Program-made: the position numbers and the translations under genes
The notes under the pieces: generated by a model
The model's input: the letters and a program-made list of their open reading frames with translations, nothing else
The model's database searches: none
What the model was told of the DNA's origin: nothing
From: Candidatus Sulfobium sp.
GTDB lineage: Bacteria > Nitrospirota > Thermodesulfovibrionia > Thermodesulfovibrionales > UBA6898
DNA: 60,696 nucleotides
NCBI GenBank assembly: GCA_037380845.1
Contig: JARRRI010000001.1
Location: 1 to 60,696 of the forward strand
Direction: 5' to 3'
Shown here: positions 17,637 through 27,124 of the stretch, piece by piece
Numbering within the stretch: position 1 is the stretch's first letter
How the letters are laid out: every line of letters starts with the position of its first letter

Positions 17637-19693
17637 GGGAGGAGGGGAAAGTGAAGAAAATACTGCTTGCAGCTTTTTTGATTATTCTTATGGCGGGAAC
17701 GAGGGGCTACGCCGAGAGCGGCGATTCCACAGCTGTGGACCCGGCAGGGGGACAAACCGTAAGTTCGGCGGAGAGCGGCCATGCCTACACCTTCCCCGTC
17801 TTTGAGCCTCACGGGTCTTTCTTCGGGGGATATACCTTCACGGATTCCAATGACTCTCCAAATGCGGGCGAATTCGAATTTCTCCACGATTCGGTCTCAC
17901 TGGGCGCCGGCCTGAGCGGGTTCGATTTCCCTCACAGATACCACCTGGACCTTGATTTCAGGAACAGGAAAGACTACTTCGCGGATATCGGTTACGCCTA
18001 TAAGGATATCGTTCTTTTCAGAGGAATAGACAGGACCCTCTACCACAACCTTGAAAATATCACCCTCGATTACGGAACCGACACCAGCGTCCCCCCTTCT
18101 TCGCTTCTGGAGGACGCCTATTTCGCTCGCGACGCCGGCGTAAACTACGGCGTGAAGACGAGTATGAATGACCTGTTCCTCAGGCTTAAAGCGCCTAATT
18201 ACCCCTTCCACCTTTTTGCAGACGGCAATCTGGTATACAAAGACGGAACGGAGCAGCAGAGAAGCCTGCTCGGAGCGGGATATTTCAACAGCCGTCTCAG
18301 AGTTTCTCAATCCCGTCGGGTGGACCTGGCGACCGAGAATTTTACGGTCGGTGCAAACGGCCACTTCGGTCCGGTCGAGATCGAGATAACACACGGGGAA
18401 AAGCGGTTCAATGTCGGTGAAGGCAAGGTCCTTTATGACAGGTACCTGACCGCTATGGAGGGCGATGAGATTGTGAGACCGGGAGGCCTCTATCCCCACA
18501 ACCAGTTCTCCGAACTGAAAGGCTCATCGAACACCGTCAGGATCCACACGTCTTACACCGGCGCGCTTGTTGCATCGGCGACCTTCTCCAAGATAGACAG
18601 GGAAAACAGGGACAGTGGAGCGAAGCAGGATTATTTTATTGGTGCGGGCGAGGTAACCTGGACGGCCGCCACCAACCTCGCGATCTTCGTGAAGTACCGG
18701 CACAAGGAAAACGACGAGGATACTCCTTCCTTCGTCACCATAACGGACGTATCCGACCCGTCCAATTTCACCACTTACGAGGTGGAACCCGCCATTTCGT
18801 CAATCACTGACAACGTGTCAGGCAGCGCCCGGTACAGGGCATTTCCGGGGGGCACTTTCTGGGCTGAATACTCATACAATCGCATCAGACGGGAGCACGC
18901 CGATGCGTGGGACCTCCCCGAGTCTACGGAAAGGCACATCGCCTCTCTTTCGACGGCTCTGAGGATTGTCAGGAACCTGAACCTGAAGGCGAAATATACC
19001 TATATGGCTTACTCCAGCCCTGCCTATAATATAGAACCGGACCATTCAAACCAGGGCAGACTTTCCGTATCCTGGATACCCCTGCCCCAGATCAACGCCC
19101 TCGTCAGCTATGACCTCGCAAAAGAAAAGAGGCATGATCTTGAAGTGGACGTGCCGACGTATTATCTCGACGGTACTCCGCAAAACCGGGATGTGACGAG
19201 GGACAAGGTGCTCGGGGTCGTCACTTTTCTCCTTTCCAGAAACCTCTCTCTTTCGACAAGTTATGCCTACATCCATAACAAGGTGGAACAGGACATCGTC
19301 TACCATCTGGCAGACTTTGCACTCGGCGTGCCTGCGGTCCTGGACCGGGGCGTCCCCTACGCGGACTTCGCCCGCAGTTACTCGGCCAATTTTAATTACA
19401 CGCCTCACAGGAGACTGAGTCTGAATTCGGGGATCGCCTATACGATAAGTGAAGGCAGGTTTACACCGTCCAGTGCCGACCTGCTTCAGCCGGAGTCGAT
19501 AGCGTCCTTTTCCGACATTAAGGTAAGGGAGACGGTCGCTTCGTTCTCCGGCAGCTATGATTTGAAGAGCGGATTTGCATTAAATCTGGATTATAAATAT
19601 ACTTATTTCGACGATGTTTATGACAATCCTTTCGACGACATAGAGGACGGAAGGGCGCACATCGTACTGATATCTCTTTCAAAGAACTTTTAG
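17633..19693 (+). CDS. Large outer-membrane beta-barrel porin (MtrB/PioB-like)
   Basis: Signal peptide, alternating aromatic beta-strand pattern, C-terminal Phe. Overlaps the stop of the decaheme cytochrome. Confidence 0.75.
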   Translation: MREEGKVKKILLAAFLIILMAGTRGYAESGDSTAVDPAGGQTVSSAESGHAYTFPVFEPHGSFFGGYTFTDSNDSPNAGEFEFLHDSVSLGAGLSGFDFPHRYHLDLDFRNRKDYFADIGYAYKDIVLFRGIDRTLYHNLENITLDYGTDTSVPPSSLLEDAYFARDAGVNYGVKTSMNDLFLRLKAPNYPFHLFADGNLVYKDGTEQQRSLLGAGYFNSRLRVSQSRRVDLATENFTVGANGHFGPVEIEITHGEKRFNVGEGKVLYDRYLTAMEGDEIVRPGGLYPHNQFSELKGSSNTVRIHTSYTGALVASATFSKIDRENRDSGAKQDYFIGAGEVTWTAATNLAIFVKYRHKENDEDTPSFVTITDVSDPSNFTTYEVEPAISSITDNVSGSARYRAFPGGTFWAEYSYNRIRREHADAWDLPESTERHIASLSTALRIVRNLNLKAKYTYMAYSSPAYNIEPDHSNQGRLSVSWIPLPQINALVSYDLAKEKRHDLEVDVPTYYLDGTPQNRDVTRDKVLGVVTFLLSRNLSLSTSYAYIHNKVEQDIVYHLADFALGVPAVLDRGVPYADFARSYSANFNYTPHRRLSLNSGIAYTISEGRFTPSSADLLQPESIASFSDIKVRETVASFSGSYDLKSGFALNLDYKYTYFDDVYDNPFDDIEDGRAHIVLISLSKNF

Positions 19694-19703
19694 TGGCCGA
19701 ACT

Positions 19704-20651
19704 ATGAAACATATGCGTTCGAGGACTGTGTTCTACCACGGGATCCTTCTCCTTATAGCGGCAGTTTTGTCTCTGGCTCCGCCTCGTGCCGCAGCCGCGG
19801 AGAAGCTGATCGGTGTTATAATGACCGGAAACGTCCCTTATTACAGGGAGATCCAGAAGACCTTTGCCCAGACTCTGCAGGCAGGGGGGATCGATCCGGA
19901 CACAGCCCAGGTCGTAGTCCAGAGCCCTGCCCCGGAGCCCATGTCCTGGACGAATGCCGCAAGGAAGCTGGTCGCGATAGGCTCCGACGTTATCGTCTCG
20001 TACGGCGCTCCGGCTACGATAGCGGTCCTGAATGAAACCTCCGACATACCGGTAGTATTCGCCGGTGTTTTCGATCCTCAGGCAGTAGGTATTGCAGGCA
20101 GCAACGTTACCGGTATCAGCTCGAAAATTCCACTTACAAGCCTGGTAAAGAATTTCAAGAGCATCGACAATTTCCAAAAGCTGGGCGTCGTTTTCAACGC
20201 TTCAGAGAAGGATACCGTAATACAGGCAAGGGAGATAGAGGGACTTGAAAGCTCGTTCGGGTTCCATTCGGTACGGTTCGACATAAGAAGGGCGGAAGAC
20301 ACGCGAAAGATCTCAAATGTCGACGCACTGTTCCTGACCACCAGCTGCGCCGCCATGCACTGCGTCGATAACATCATGGCCATAGCCCGCAGGGAAAAGA
20401 TACCGACCGCCTCGACCATGGGCGGCGAGGAAGACCAGGGCGTGATATTGACGATTGCTGCAAACCCTTACGAGCAGGGCCGCGAGGCCGCCAGGCTTGC
20501 CGCAAGACTGATGAAAGGGGCAAAGCCCTCCTCTATTCCGATGGAGTCACCGAAAAAGGTTGACATGATAGTAAACCTGAAGGAGGCCATGAACATGGGG
20601 CTCAAGGTCCCGTTCGACCTCCTGACATCCGCCACAAAGGTGATAAAGTAG
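19704..20651 (+). CDS. Orphan periplasmic solute-binding protein (ABC_sub_bind-like)
   Basis: Signal peptide; IPVVFAGVFDP, NVTGIS, QGREAARLA..LMKGAKPS.IP and VNLKEA..MGL.VP..LL..A.KVI. No permease or ATPase adjacent. Confidence 0.85.
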   Translation: MKHMRSRTVFYHGILLLIAAVLSLAPPRAAAAEKLIGVIMTGNVPYYREIQKTFAQTLQAGGIDPDTAQVVVQSPAPEPMSWTNAARKLVAIGSDVIVSYGAPATIAVLNETSDIPVVFAGVFDPQAVGIAGSNVTGISSKIPLTSLVKNFKSIDNFQKLGVVFNASEKDTVIQAREIEGLESSFGFHSVRFDIRRAEDTRKISNVDALFLTTSCAAMHCVDNIMAIARREKIPTASTMGGEEDQGVILTIAANPYEQGREAARLAARLMKGAKPSSIPMESPKKVDMIVNLKEAMNMGLKVPFDLLTSATKVIK

Positions 20652-22723
20652 TGGCCGTCATGAACCTGCAGAAGAAGGCCACCTTCGTGGTGGCTGTAGT
20701 CCTCTTCGTAATACTCGGCATCAATACCGCCGTTCTGACCTATATAGCATCCAACAAATACAGACAGGCAATACTTGCAAAAACTCAGGCGGTGGGAGAG
20801 GGCCTGCAGAGGGACCTGGGGAAGGTGCTGAGCCTCGGCGTTCCCGTAGACTCTCTGGAAGGCGTAAACGACAAACTAAAGGAACTCATCACGAACGACA
20901 AGGCCATCGCCTACGCACTGGTCACAGACGCTGAAGGCCGGATATTGTTCGATAATGAGGAGGGTAACGTCGGAAAAACTCTGAAGGACAAGGCTTCGCT
21001 TAACGCCGTCTCCCGCAAGCAGGAACTGGTCCAGACAACCGGCGCATTTTACGACCTCTCTTTTCCCCTGCTCAGTCCGGAAGGCAAGATTGTGGGAGCG
21101 CTCAGACTGGGCGTGAAACTGAAGACGATACATGAGCAGCTGTACGAGCTTCTCAAGTGGGCGCTGGGGATATCCGGCTTTTGTTTCCTGCTGTCCGTCG
21201 GACTGGTCTACGGCTCGATATCGAGGTTTATCACCAGGCCGATACTGGCCATGGAAAAGGTCGCCGACAGGATAGCCGACGGCGACCTGACGCACGTAAT
21301 CGGCATAAAGGGCAATGACGAAGTGGCTTCGCTGGGAAAGGCGATAAACCGCATGGCTTTTAATCTGAAGGACATGATCGGGAAAATAAGGAATATAACG
21401 GACAGCGTATCCGGTGTTACGTCGAACATCGCCTCTTCATCCCAGGGTGTCCTGTCTGTAGTCGACGTCCAGAAGAGCGCCATAGAAGAGACCTCCTCCG
21501 CGATAGAAGATATGGACAGTTCCATATCGAGTGTGGCAAAAGGGGCCGAGAACCTTTCACAGTCGGCCGCGGACACCTCGTCTTCGATATTGCAGATGAC
21601 CGCCTCTATCGAAAGAATCGCTGAGAACGCCGATATATTCAATGAGACAGCTCACGATACCGCATCATCCGTGGAGGAAATGATTTCGACCGTCAAACAG
21701 ATAGCCGAAAGCCTCGACACTCTGTCGGCTTCCTCAGAGGCGATAGCGACGTCCATTGAGGAGGTGAACGCTACCACCAGGGACATAGAACACAGGGCCG
21801 GCGAGTCGGTGGGTCTTGCAGAGGCAGTCATGACAAACGCCTCCGAGAAAGGGATGAACGCCTCAAGCGCGGCCATTGAAGGCATGGAAAACATAAGAGA
21901 AAACGTCACGGCCCTGTCGGACATCATAAACCTCCTGGGGAAGAAGACCGAAGACATAGGGAAGATACTCACCGTCATAGACACCGTTGCCGACCAGACC
22001 AACCTGCTGGCACTGAACGCGGCCATCCTCGCTTCGAAGGCCGGAGAACACGGCAAAGGGTTCACCATCGTAGCCGATGAAATCAAGAGTCTGGCGGAGA
22101 AGACATCTGTCTCGACCAATGAAATAGAGGCGCTTATCACTTCTGTCCGGAACGTTACCCGCTCCAGCATCGATAAAGTGTCTGAAGGTATCGGTACTGT
22201 GGAGAAGGGCTTGAAGCTGGTACAGGACGTAAATGACGCCCTGAGAGATATCGTTGAGAGTTCACGCGCTTCCACGGACATGGCACGGGCGATTCAGAGG
22301 GCAACGGCGGAGGAAGCCTTCGTCATTAAGCAGATCACCGACTCTGTCGAGAGGATGACGGAGCAGACGGAGAGGATATCTCTCGCAATTGCCGAGCAGA
22401 ACAAGGGCGGAAAGTTCATAACGGAAGCCACTGAAAAGGTAAAGGAGCTCTCCAGTCAGGTGAGAACTGCGACCAACGAACAGAAGGGCGGGAGTAGACA
22501 GATGGCCGCCGTTACTGAAAATGTTACGCAGCAAGCCGGCCAGATCGCTGAAGCAACCGGAAGACAGAAGCAGAAGAGCATCGAGATAGTCAAGTCCATG
22601 GAGAAGATCCGCAGTACAACCGATAATCTTATAGGCTCCTCGAACGATATGAACGCGGTGATCACCTCCCTGAAGGAAGAAGCCCTTAACCTTCTTACGG
22701 AATTACAGAAATTCCAGGTGTGA
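20651..22723 (+). CDS. Methyl-accepting chemotaxis protein (2 TM, HAMP, long signalling domain)
   Basis: Hairpin tip VADQTNLLALNAAILASKAGEHGKGFTIVADEIKSLAE and HAMP (IADGDLT...DEVASL..AINRM). Confidence 0.95.
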   Translation: MAVMNLQKKATFVVAVVLFVILGINTAVLTYIASNKYRQAILAKTQAVGEGLQRDLGKVLSLGVPVDSLEGVNDKLKELITNDKAIAYALVTDAEGRILFDNEEGNVGKTLKDKASLNAVSRKQELVQTTGAFYDLSFPLLSPEGKIVGALRLGVKLKTIHEQLYELLKWALGISGFCFLLSVGLVYGSISRFITRPILAMEKVADRIADGDLTHVIGIKGNDEVASLGKAINRMAFNLKDMIGKIRNITDSVSGVTSNIASSSQGVLSVVDVQKSAIEETSSAIEDMDSSISSVAKGAENLSQSAADTSSSILQMTASIERIAENADIFNETAHDTASSVEEMISTVKQIAESLDTLSASSEAIATSIEEVNATTRDIEHRAGESVGLAEAVMTNASEKGMNASSAAIEGMENIRENVTALSDIINLLGKKTEDIGKILTVIDTVADQTNLLALNAAILASKAGEHGKGFTIVADEIKSLAEKTSVSTNEIEALITSVRNVTRSSIDKVSEGIGTVEKGLKLVQDVNDALRDIVESSRASTDMARAIQRATAEEAFVIKQITDSVERMTEQTERISLAIAEQNKGGKFITEATEKVKELSSQVRTATNEQKGGSRQMAAVTENVTQQAGQIAEATGRQKQKSIEIVKSMEKIRSTTDNLIGSSNDMNAVITSLKEEALNLLTELQKFQV

Positions 22724-22736
22724 CGTTACCGTAAAA

Positions 22737-23405
22737 TCATCCCGGCCGACGGGCAAGGAGGAGTTTCTTTGCGGCTATCCTCACCGCCTCCGACACGTTC
22801 CTGTTTTTTTCAAGTACCGAAAGGTCCCGGGTCCTCAGGCCGCTCACAAAGGTTACGGCGATTCCGGCCGGCGTCTTCGGGTTCGTAACGAGAGCGGACA
22901 ATACTGCATATTTTTTCATCCATTCCCTGTTCTTGGAAATCCTTCTCAGCACCTCTTCCATGGCAGAACGGTTTCTCGCGATCAGCTCGACCTCGGATTC
23001 GGTAATCTTTCCGTTCTCCAGTACACTCAGGACAACTTCCTTGCTCGGGTCCCTGGCGAGTATGCCTCTTATCTCTCTTCCCCCCTTAAGGGCCAGCTGA
23101 ACGCGTGCCGAGACACCCAGTTTCTGTATCTTCTGCATAAGGCTCTCGCTCTTCGCCCTCTCATTGTCGGGAGCCGGCGACCTTCGCGTAACCGGAGCGC
23201 CGGCGATCCCCGCAATAAAATCCTTTACCGGGGGCGGCGTATGGGGACAATCGATGAGAAGTCCCAGAACCTCCGGACGCGAAGTATTTGCCCTGGCTAT
23301 TTCCTCAAAGATGCCGGGATCGGGAGCATCCTCGATAAGTACCGATATTACATCGGGGGAGACAATAGAAAGATCCAGTCCTATAAGTTTCTGTTCCGTA
23401 TTCAT
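22737..23405 (-). CDS. Conserved hypothetical helical-repeat protein
   Basis: Coupled to tlyA with overlapping stop/start; QLALKGGREIRGILARD and ALVTNPKTP segments. Confidence 0.7.
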   Translation of the reverse strand: MNTEQKLIGLDLSIVSPDVISVLIEDAPDPGIFEEIARANTSRPEVLGLLIDCPHTPPPVKDFIAGIAGAPVTRRSPAPDNERAKSESLMQKIQKLGVSARVQLALKGGREIRGILARDPSKEVVLSVLENGKITESEVELIARNRSAMEEVLRRISKNREWMKKYAVLSALVTNPKTPAGIAVTFVSGLRTRDLSVLEKNRNVSEAVRIAAKKLLLARRPG

Positions 23406-24139
23406 TTTTTCTTCAGATAAACGAAGTATTCCCTGTTGCCTTTCTGTCCCGGCAGGGGCGACTGGAAATCCCCGATAACGCTGAAACCCGTCTCTTCGGC
23501 TCCCCGCCGGACCTTCTCCACTGCGGACAGCCGCACCGCTTCGTCTTTTACTACACCGCCCTTCCCTACCTTTCCCCTTTCGACCTCGAACTGGGGTTTA
23601 ACCAACGCCAGAACACTTCCGTTCTCCTTCAGGAACTGGAAAGCCCTGGGCAACACTTTCAAAAGTGAAATAAAGGAAACATCGATTACCGCAAGGTCTA
23701 CAGGCTCCCCGACGGCATCCCTGTCCAGATAGCGTATATTCGTTTTCTCGAACAGCACTACCCTCGGGTCCTTTCTGAGAGTCCAGTCGAACTGCCCGTA
23801 TCCCACGTCCACCCCATAGACCTTCCGTGCCCCCCTTTTTAAAAGGCAGTCTGTAAAGCCGCCGGTAGAACAGCCGATGTCCATTGCAACGGCCCCCGAG
23901 GGATCTATGGAGAAGAAATCCAGTGCGGCCTGAAGCTTGAGGCCGCCGCGGCTGACAAAGGGAATGTCGGCGCCCTTAACCGCAACATCGGCGTCTGCAG
24001 ACACCGGAGCACCGGCCTTTGCAACCCTGCTTCCGTCCACAAAGACCCGGCCCTCCATAATGAGCGCCTTAGCCCTCTCCCTGCTCTTAACGATGCCCCT
24101 GTCGACAAGCACCTTGTCCAGCCTCTCCTTATTTGACAT
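23402..24139 (-). CDS. tlyA: TlyA-family rRNA 2'-O-methyltransferase
   Basis: S4 domain (KERLDKVLV..G...SRE.A), FVSRGGLKL, DIGCSTGGFTD, DVSFISL and VKPQFE. Confidence 0.95.
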   Translation of the reverse strand: MSNKERLDKVLVDRGIVKSRERAKALIMEGRVFVDGSRVAKAGAPVSADADVAVKGADIPFVSRGGLKLQAALDFFSIDPSGAVAMDIGCSTGGFTDCLLKRGARKVYGVDVGYGQFDWTLRKDPRVVLFEKTNIRYLDRDAVGEPVDLAVIDVSFISLLKVLPRAFQFLKENGSVLALVKPQFEVERGKVGKGGVVKDEAVRLSAVEKVRRGAEETGFSVIGDFQSPLPGQKGNREYFVYLKKK

Positions 24140-24286
24140 TCTTTCTTTGTGTAACCCGCAAAGCGACGTCTACTGTTCCAGGAGACTCCCGGAAAGAGCT
24201 GAAAAGGATGTGGAAGACAGATAAAATCATCTCGTCATTACAAGACTTTTCCGGTGTCCCTTCGGGGGCTGCCGTGCAGCCTCAGT

Positions 24287-26170
24287 TCAACTTCGATGAC
24301 TGAATGTATGTTCACGGATCATTGATAAAGCCGCGAGGAATATTCCCTCCTCATCGATACCGTACCTCGCCCTCAGTCCCGCAGGCGTGCCCTGTTCCAC
24401 AAAAACATCCGGGATACCCAGCCTCTTGACCCAGACGTTCGTCAATCCGGCATCGCTGATACACTCAAGCACCGCGCTTCCGAAGCCGCCTTCCAGCACA
24501 TTTTCCTCTATCGTAATGATCCTCGGTATGCGGGCGGCCACCGACAAGAGGATCTCCCTGTCCAGGGGCTTCACGAATCTCGCATTTACCACGAGGGCGT
24601 TCACACCCAGTCTCTCCAGTCTTTCCGCAGCCTTCTGCGAGGGCAACACACTGCTTCCCGCCGCAACCAGCGCTATATCGGCGCCCTCCCTCAGTATTTC
24701 CGCCCTTCCGAGGACAAGCGGTGAATGGGAAGCCACGGCGCCGGGTATCTTTCCCCTCGGATATCTTATGGCCGAGGGACCATCCAGTTTCATCGCGAAT
24801 TCGAGCATAAGACCCAATTCGGTGCCGTCTCTGGGCGCCATCACCACAAGGTTTGGAATGTGCCTCAGAAATGAGAGATCGAAAAGACCGTTATGAGTCG
24901 GCCCGTCCTCGCCGACTATGCCGGCCCTGTCCACTGCAAAAATCACCGGCAGTTTCTGAAGGCACACGTCGTGGACGATTTCATCATAGGCCCGCTGGAG
25001 GAAGGTTGAATAGAGCGCAACAACGGGTCTCAGCCCCCTGGTCGCCAGACCTGCGGCAAAAGTGACGGCATGAGGCTCCGCTATGCCGACATCGTAAAAC
25101 CTGTCGGGGTAATTTTCCGCAAAGCACTCCAGACCTGTCCCCTCCTTCATCGCAGCCGATATCGCTACGACTCTCTCGTCGGCGCCGGCGAGTTCCGAAA
25201 GCATCCCGCCGAATGCGGCGCTGTAACTGAGCCCGTCTTTTGAATTTATCTCGGATCCGGTCTCGGGTTCGAAAGGTCCGATCCCGTGGAAAATACAGGG
25301 GTCTTTTTCGGAGAACTCATACCCCTTTCCTTTACGGGTTATTACATGGACCAGGGTCGGGCCGCTGGACGCCCCTATGCGTTTCAGCGTATCAGTGAGC
25401 ATCTCGATGTTGTGCCCGTCGATCGGTCCGACGTATTCGAATCCCAGCTCCTCGAAGAGTATGCCCGGAAGAATAAGACCTTTGAGCGTCCCTTCCGCCT
25501 TCTGGGCCATTTTCGCCACCGACCCCCCGAACCTCGGTATGCCCTCAAGAAAGGACTTCGTCTCCTTCTTGAACCTGCGGTAAAATTCGCCGGTAAGCAT
25601 CCTGTTCATATATGCAGACAGTGCGCCGACATTTTTTGATATCGACATTTCGTTGTCGTTCAGCACCACCACGAGGTCCTTCTTCAGATGTCCCGCGTGA
25701 TTAAGTCCTTCGAAGGCCAGACCGGCCGTCATCGCCCCGTCGCCTATCACCGCGATAACCTTGAAGTCCTCCCCCCGCCTGTCGCGGCCTTCCGCAATGC
25801 CGAGCGCAGCCGATATGGAGGTCGAACTGTGCCCCGTGCCGAAAGAGTCGTATTCACTCTCCGAAATCTTTGGAAAACCTGAAATTCCCTTTTCCTTTCT
25901 GATCGCGGAAAACCTTTCTCTCCTTCCAGTGAGGAGCTTGTGGCTGTATGACTGATGTCCGACGTCCCATACTATCTTGTCCTCGGGACAATTGAATACA
26001 CGATGGAGGGCAATAGTCAGTTCAACCACCCCAAGATTGGAAGCCAGATGACCGCCGTTTACGGAAACAGTGCGGATTATCTCTTCTCTAAGCTCTCCGG
26101 CTAAAACCTTCAGCTCCTCCGAACTGAGCGCCTTCAGGTCGGACGGTGAATTTATCTTTTCAAGGAACAT
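24287..26170 (-). CDS. dxs: 1-deoxy-D-xylulose-5-phosphate synthase
   Basis: GGHLASNLG, WDVGHQSY, GHSSTSISA, GDGAMTAG and DRAGIVGEDGPTH. Confidence 0.98.
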   Translation of the reverse strand: MFLEKINSPSDLKALSSEELKVLAGELREEIIRTVSVNGGHLASNLGVVELTIALHRVFNCPEDKIVWDVGHQSYSHKLLTGRRERFSAIRKEKGISGFPKISESEYDSFGTGHSSTSISAALGIAEGRDRRGEDFKVIAVIGDGAMTAGLAFEGLNHAGHLKKDLVVVLNDNEMSISKNVGALSAYMNRMLTGEFYRRFKKETKSFLEGIPRFGGSVAKMAQKAEGTLKGLILPGILFEELGFEYVGPIDGHNIEMLTDTLKRIGASSGPTLVHVITRKGKGYEFSEKDPCIFHGIGPFEPETGSEINSKDGLSYSAAFGGMLSELAGADERVVAISAAMKEGTGLECFAENYPDRFYDVGIAEPHAVTFAAGLATRGLRPVVALYSTFLQRAYDEIVHDVCLQKLPVIFAVDRAGIVGEDGPTHNGLFDLSFLRHIPNLVVMAPRDGTELGLMLEFAMKLDGPSAIRYPRGKIPGAVASHSPLVLGRAEILREGADIALVAAGSSVLPSQKAAERLERLGVNALVVNARFVKPLDREILLSVAARIPRIITIEENVLEGGFGSAVLECISDAGLTNVWVKRLGIPDVFVEQGTPAGLRARYGIDEEGIFLAALSMIREHTFSHRS

Positions 26171-27057
26171 CAGCTTCTCCTTTTGAGTAAATAACGGGCG
26201 ATTTCCCTCAGCGGGTCCGCTCCGCCATCGAATAATTCCAGGGCGGACAGTGCTTCCGAAACGAGCTCCCCGGCCATGGTGCGGGACTTTTCCAACCCGT
26301 ACAGTCGCGGATATGTCATTTTGTTGATCCTTTCATCAGAGCCCACCGGCTTGCCGGTCTCTTTCTCATCACCCTCGATATCCAATATATCGTCGATCAC
26401 CTGAAAGGCAAGTCCGATCTTGTATCCGTAAAGCGCCAGGGATTCACGTGCAGCGCCGTCGCTGCCGTAAAGCAGGGGACCGGTCTTGGCCGCTGCCCGG
26501 ATAAGAGAGGCCGTCTTATGGCCGTGGATGAACTGAAGCACCTCACCGTTGGGCTCTCCGTTTTCCGAAAGAATGTCCTGGGCCTGTCCCGCCACCATTC
26601 CCCGGTATCCCGAGGCCCCCGCTATCTCGGATGCGGCATTCAGCAGATTCCCCGCCGATATCGCCCGCCCGAGTCCGGGATCCGACAAAATACAAAAGGC
26701 TTCGGTCAAAAGTGCGTCACCCGCGAGTATTGCCATGGCTTCACCGTACATCTTGTGGTTCGTCGGCTTCCCCCGCCTGAGATCGTCATTGTCCATCGCC
26801 GGCAGGTCGTCGTGGATAAGAGAGTACGTATGGACAAGTTCCAGGGTAGAGGCGTAGGGGACGATGTCCGCGCAGTTGCCTCCGCAGGCCTCGTAGGACG
26901 ACAGCGCGAGTATCGGACGCAGCCTCTTGCCACCCGCAAAAAGGGAGTACAGCATCGACTCCCGAAGCACGGAAGGCCTTCCCGGCCCTTTGAAATAATC
27001 ACGGAAAAAGGAATCGACAAGTTCCTTCTTCTCTCTCAGATATACCGTGACGTCCAC
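26170..27057 (-). CDS. ispA: Farnesyl/geranylgeranyl diphosphate synthase
   Basis: GGKRLRP, SLIHDDLPAMDNDDLRRG and FQVIDDILD. Confidence 0.93.
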   Translation of the reverse strand: MDVTVYLREKKELVDSFFRDYFKGPGRPSVLRESMLYSLFAGGKRLRPILALSSYEACGGNCADIVPYASTLELVHTYSLIHDDLPAMDNDDLRRGKPTNHKMYGEAMAILAGDALLTEAFCILSDPGLGRAISAGNLLNAASEIAGASGYRGMVAGQAQDILSENGEPNGEVLQFIHGHKTASLIRAAAKTGPLLYGSDGAARESLALYGYKIGLAFQVIDDILDIEGDEKETGKPVGSDERINKMTYPRLYGLEKSRTMAGELVSEALSALELFDGGADPLREIARYLLKRRS

Positions 27058-27124
27058 GTTCTGTGACCATTGAACCTGCTAAAATTCCACAAAAAGAGAG
27101 CGGGTGTGAAGAGGAAGCCGCCTC

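Noticed and set aside
24140..24286. 6S RNA or riboswitch in the dxs-tlyA spacer
   Set aside because: Only an imperfect inverted repeat shared with another spacer; no recognisable family consensus.
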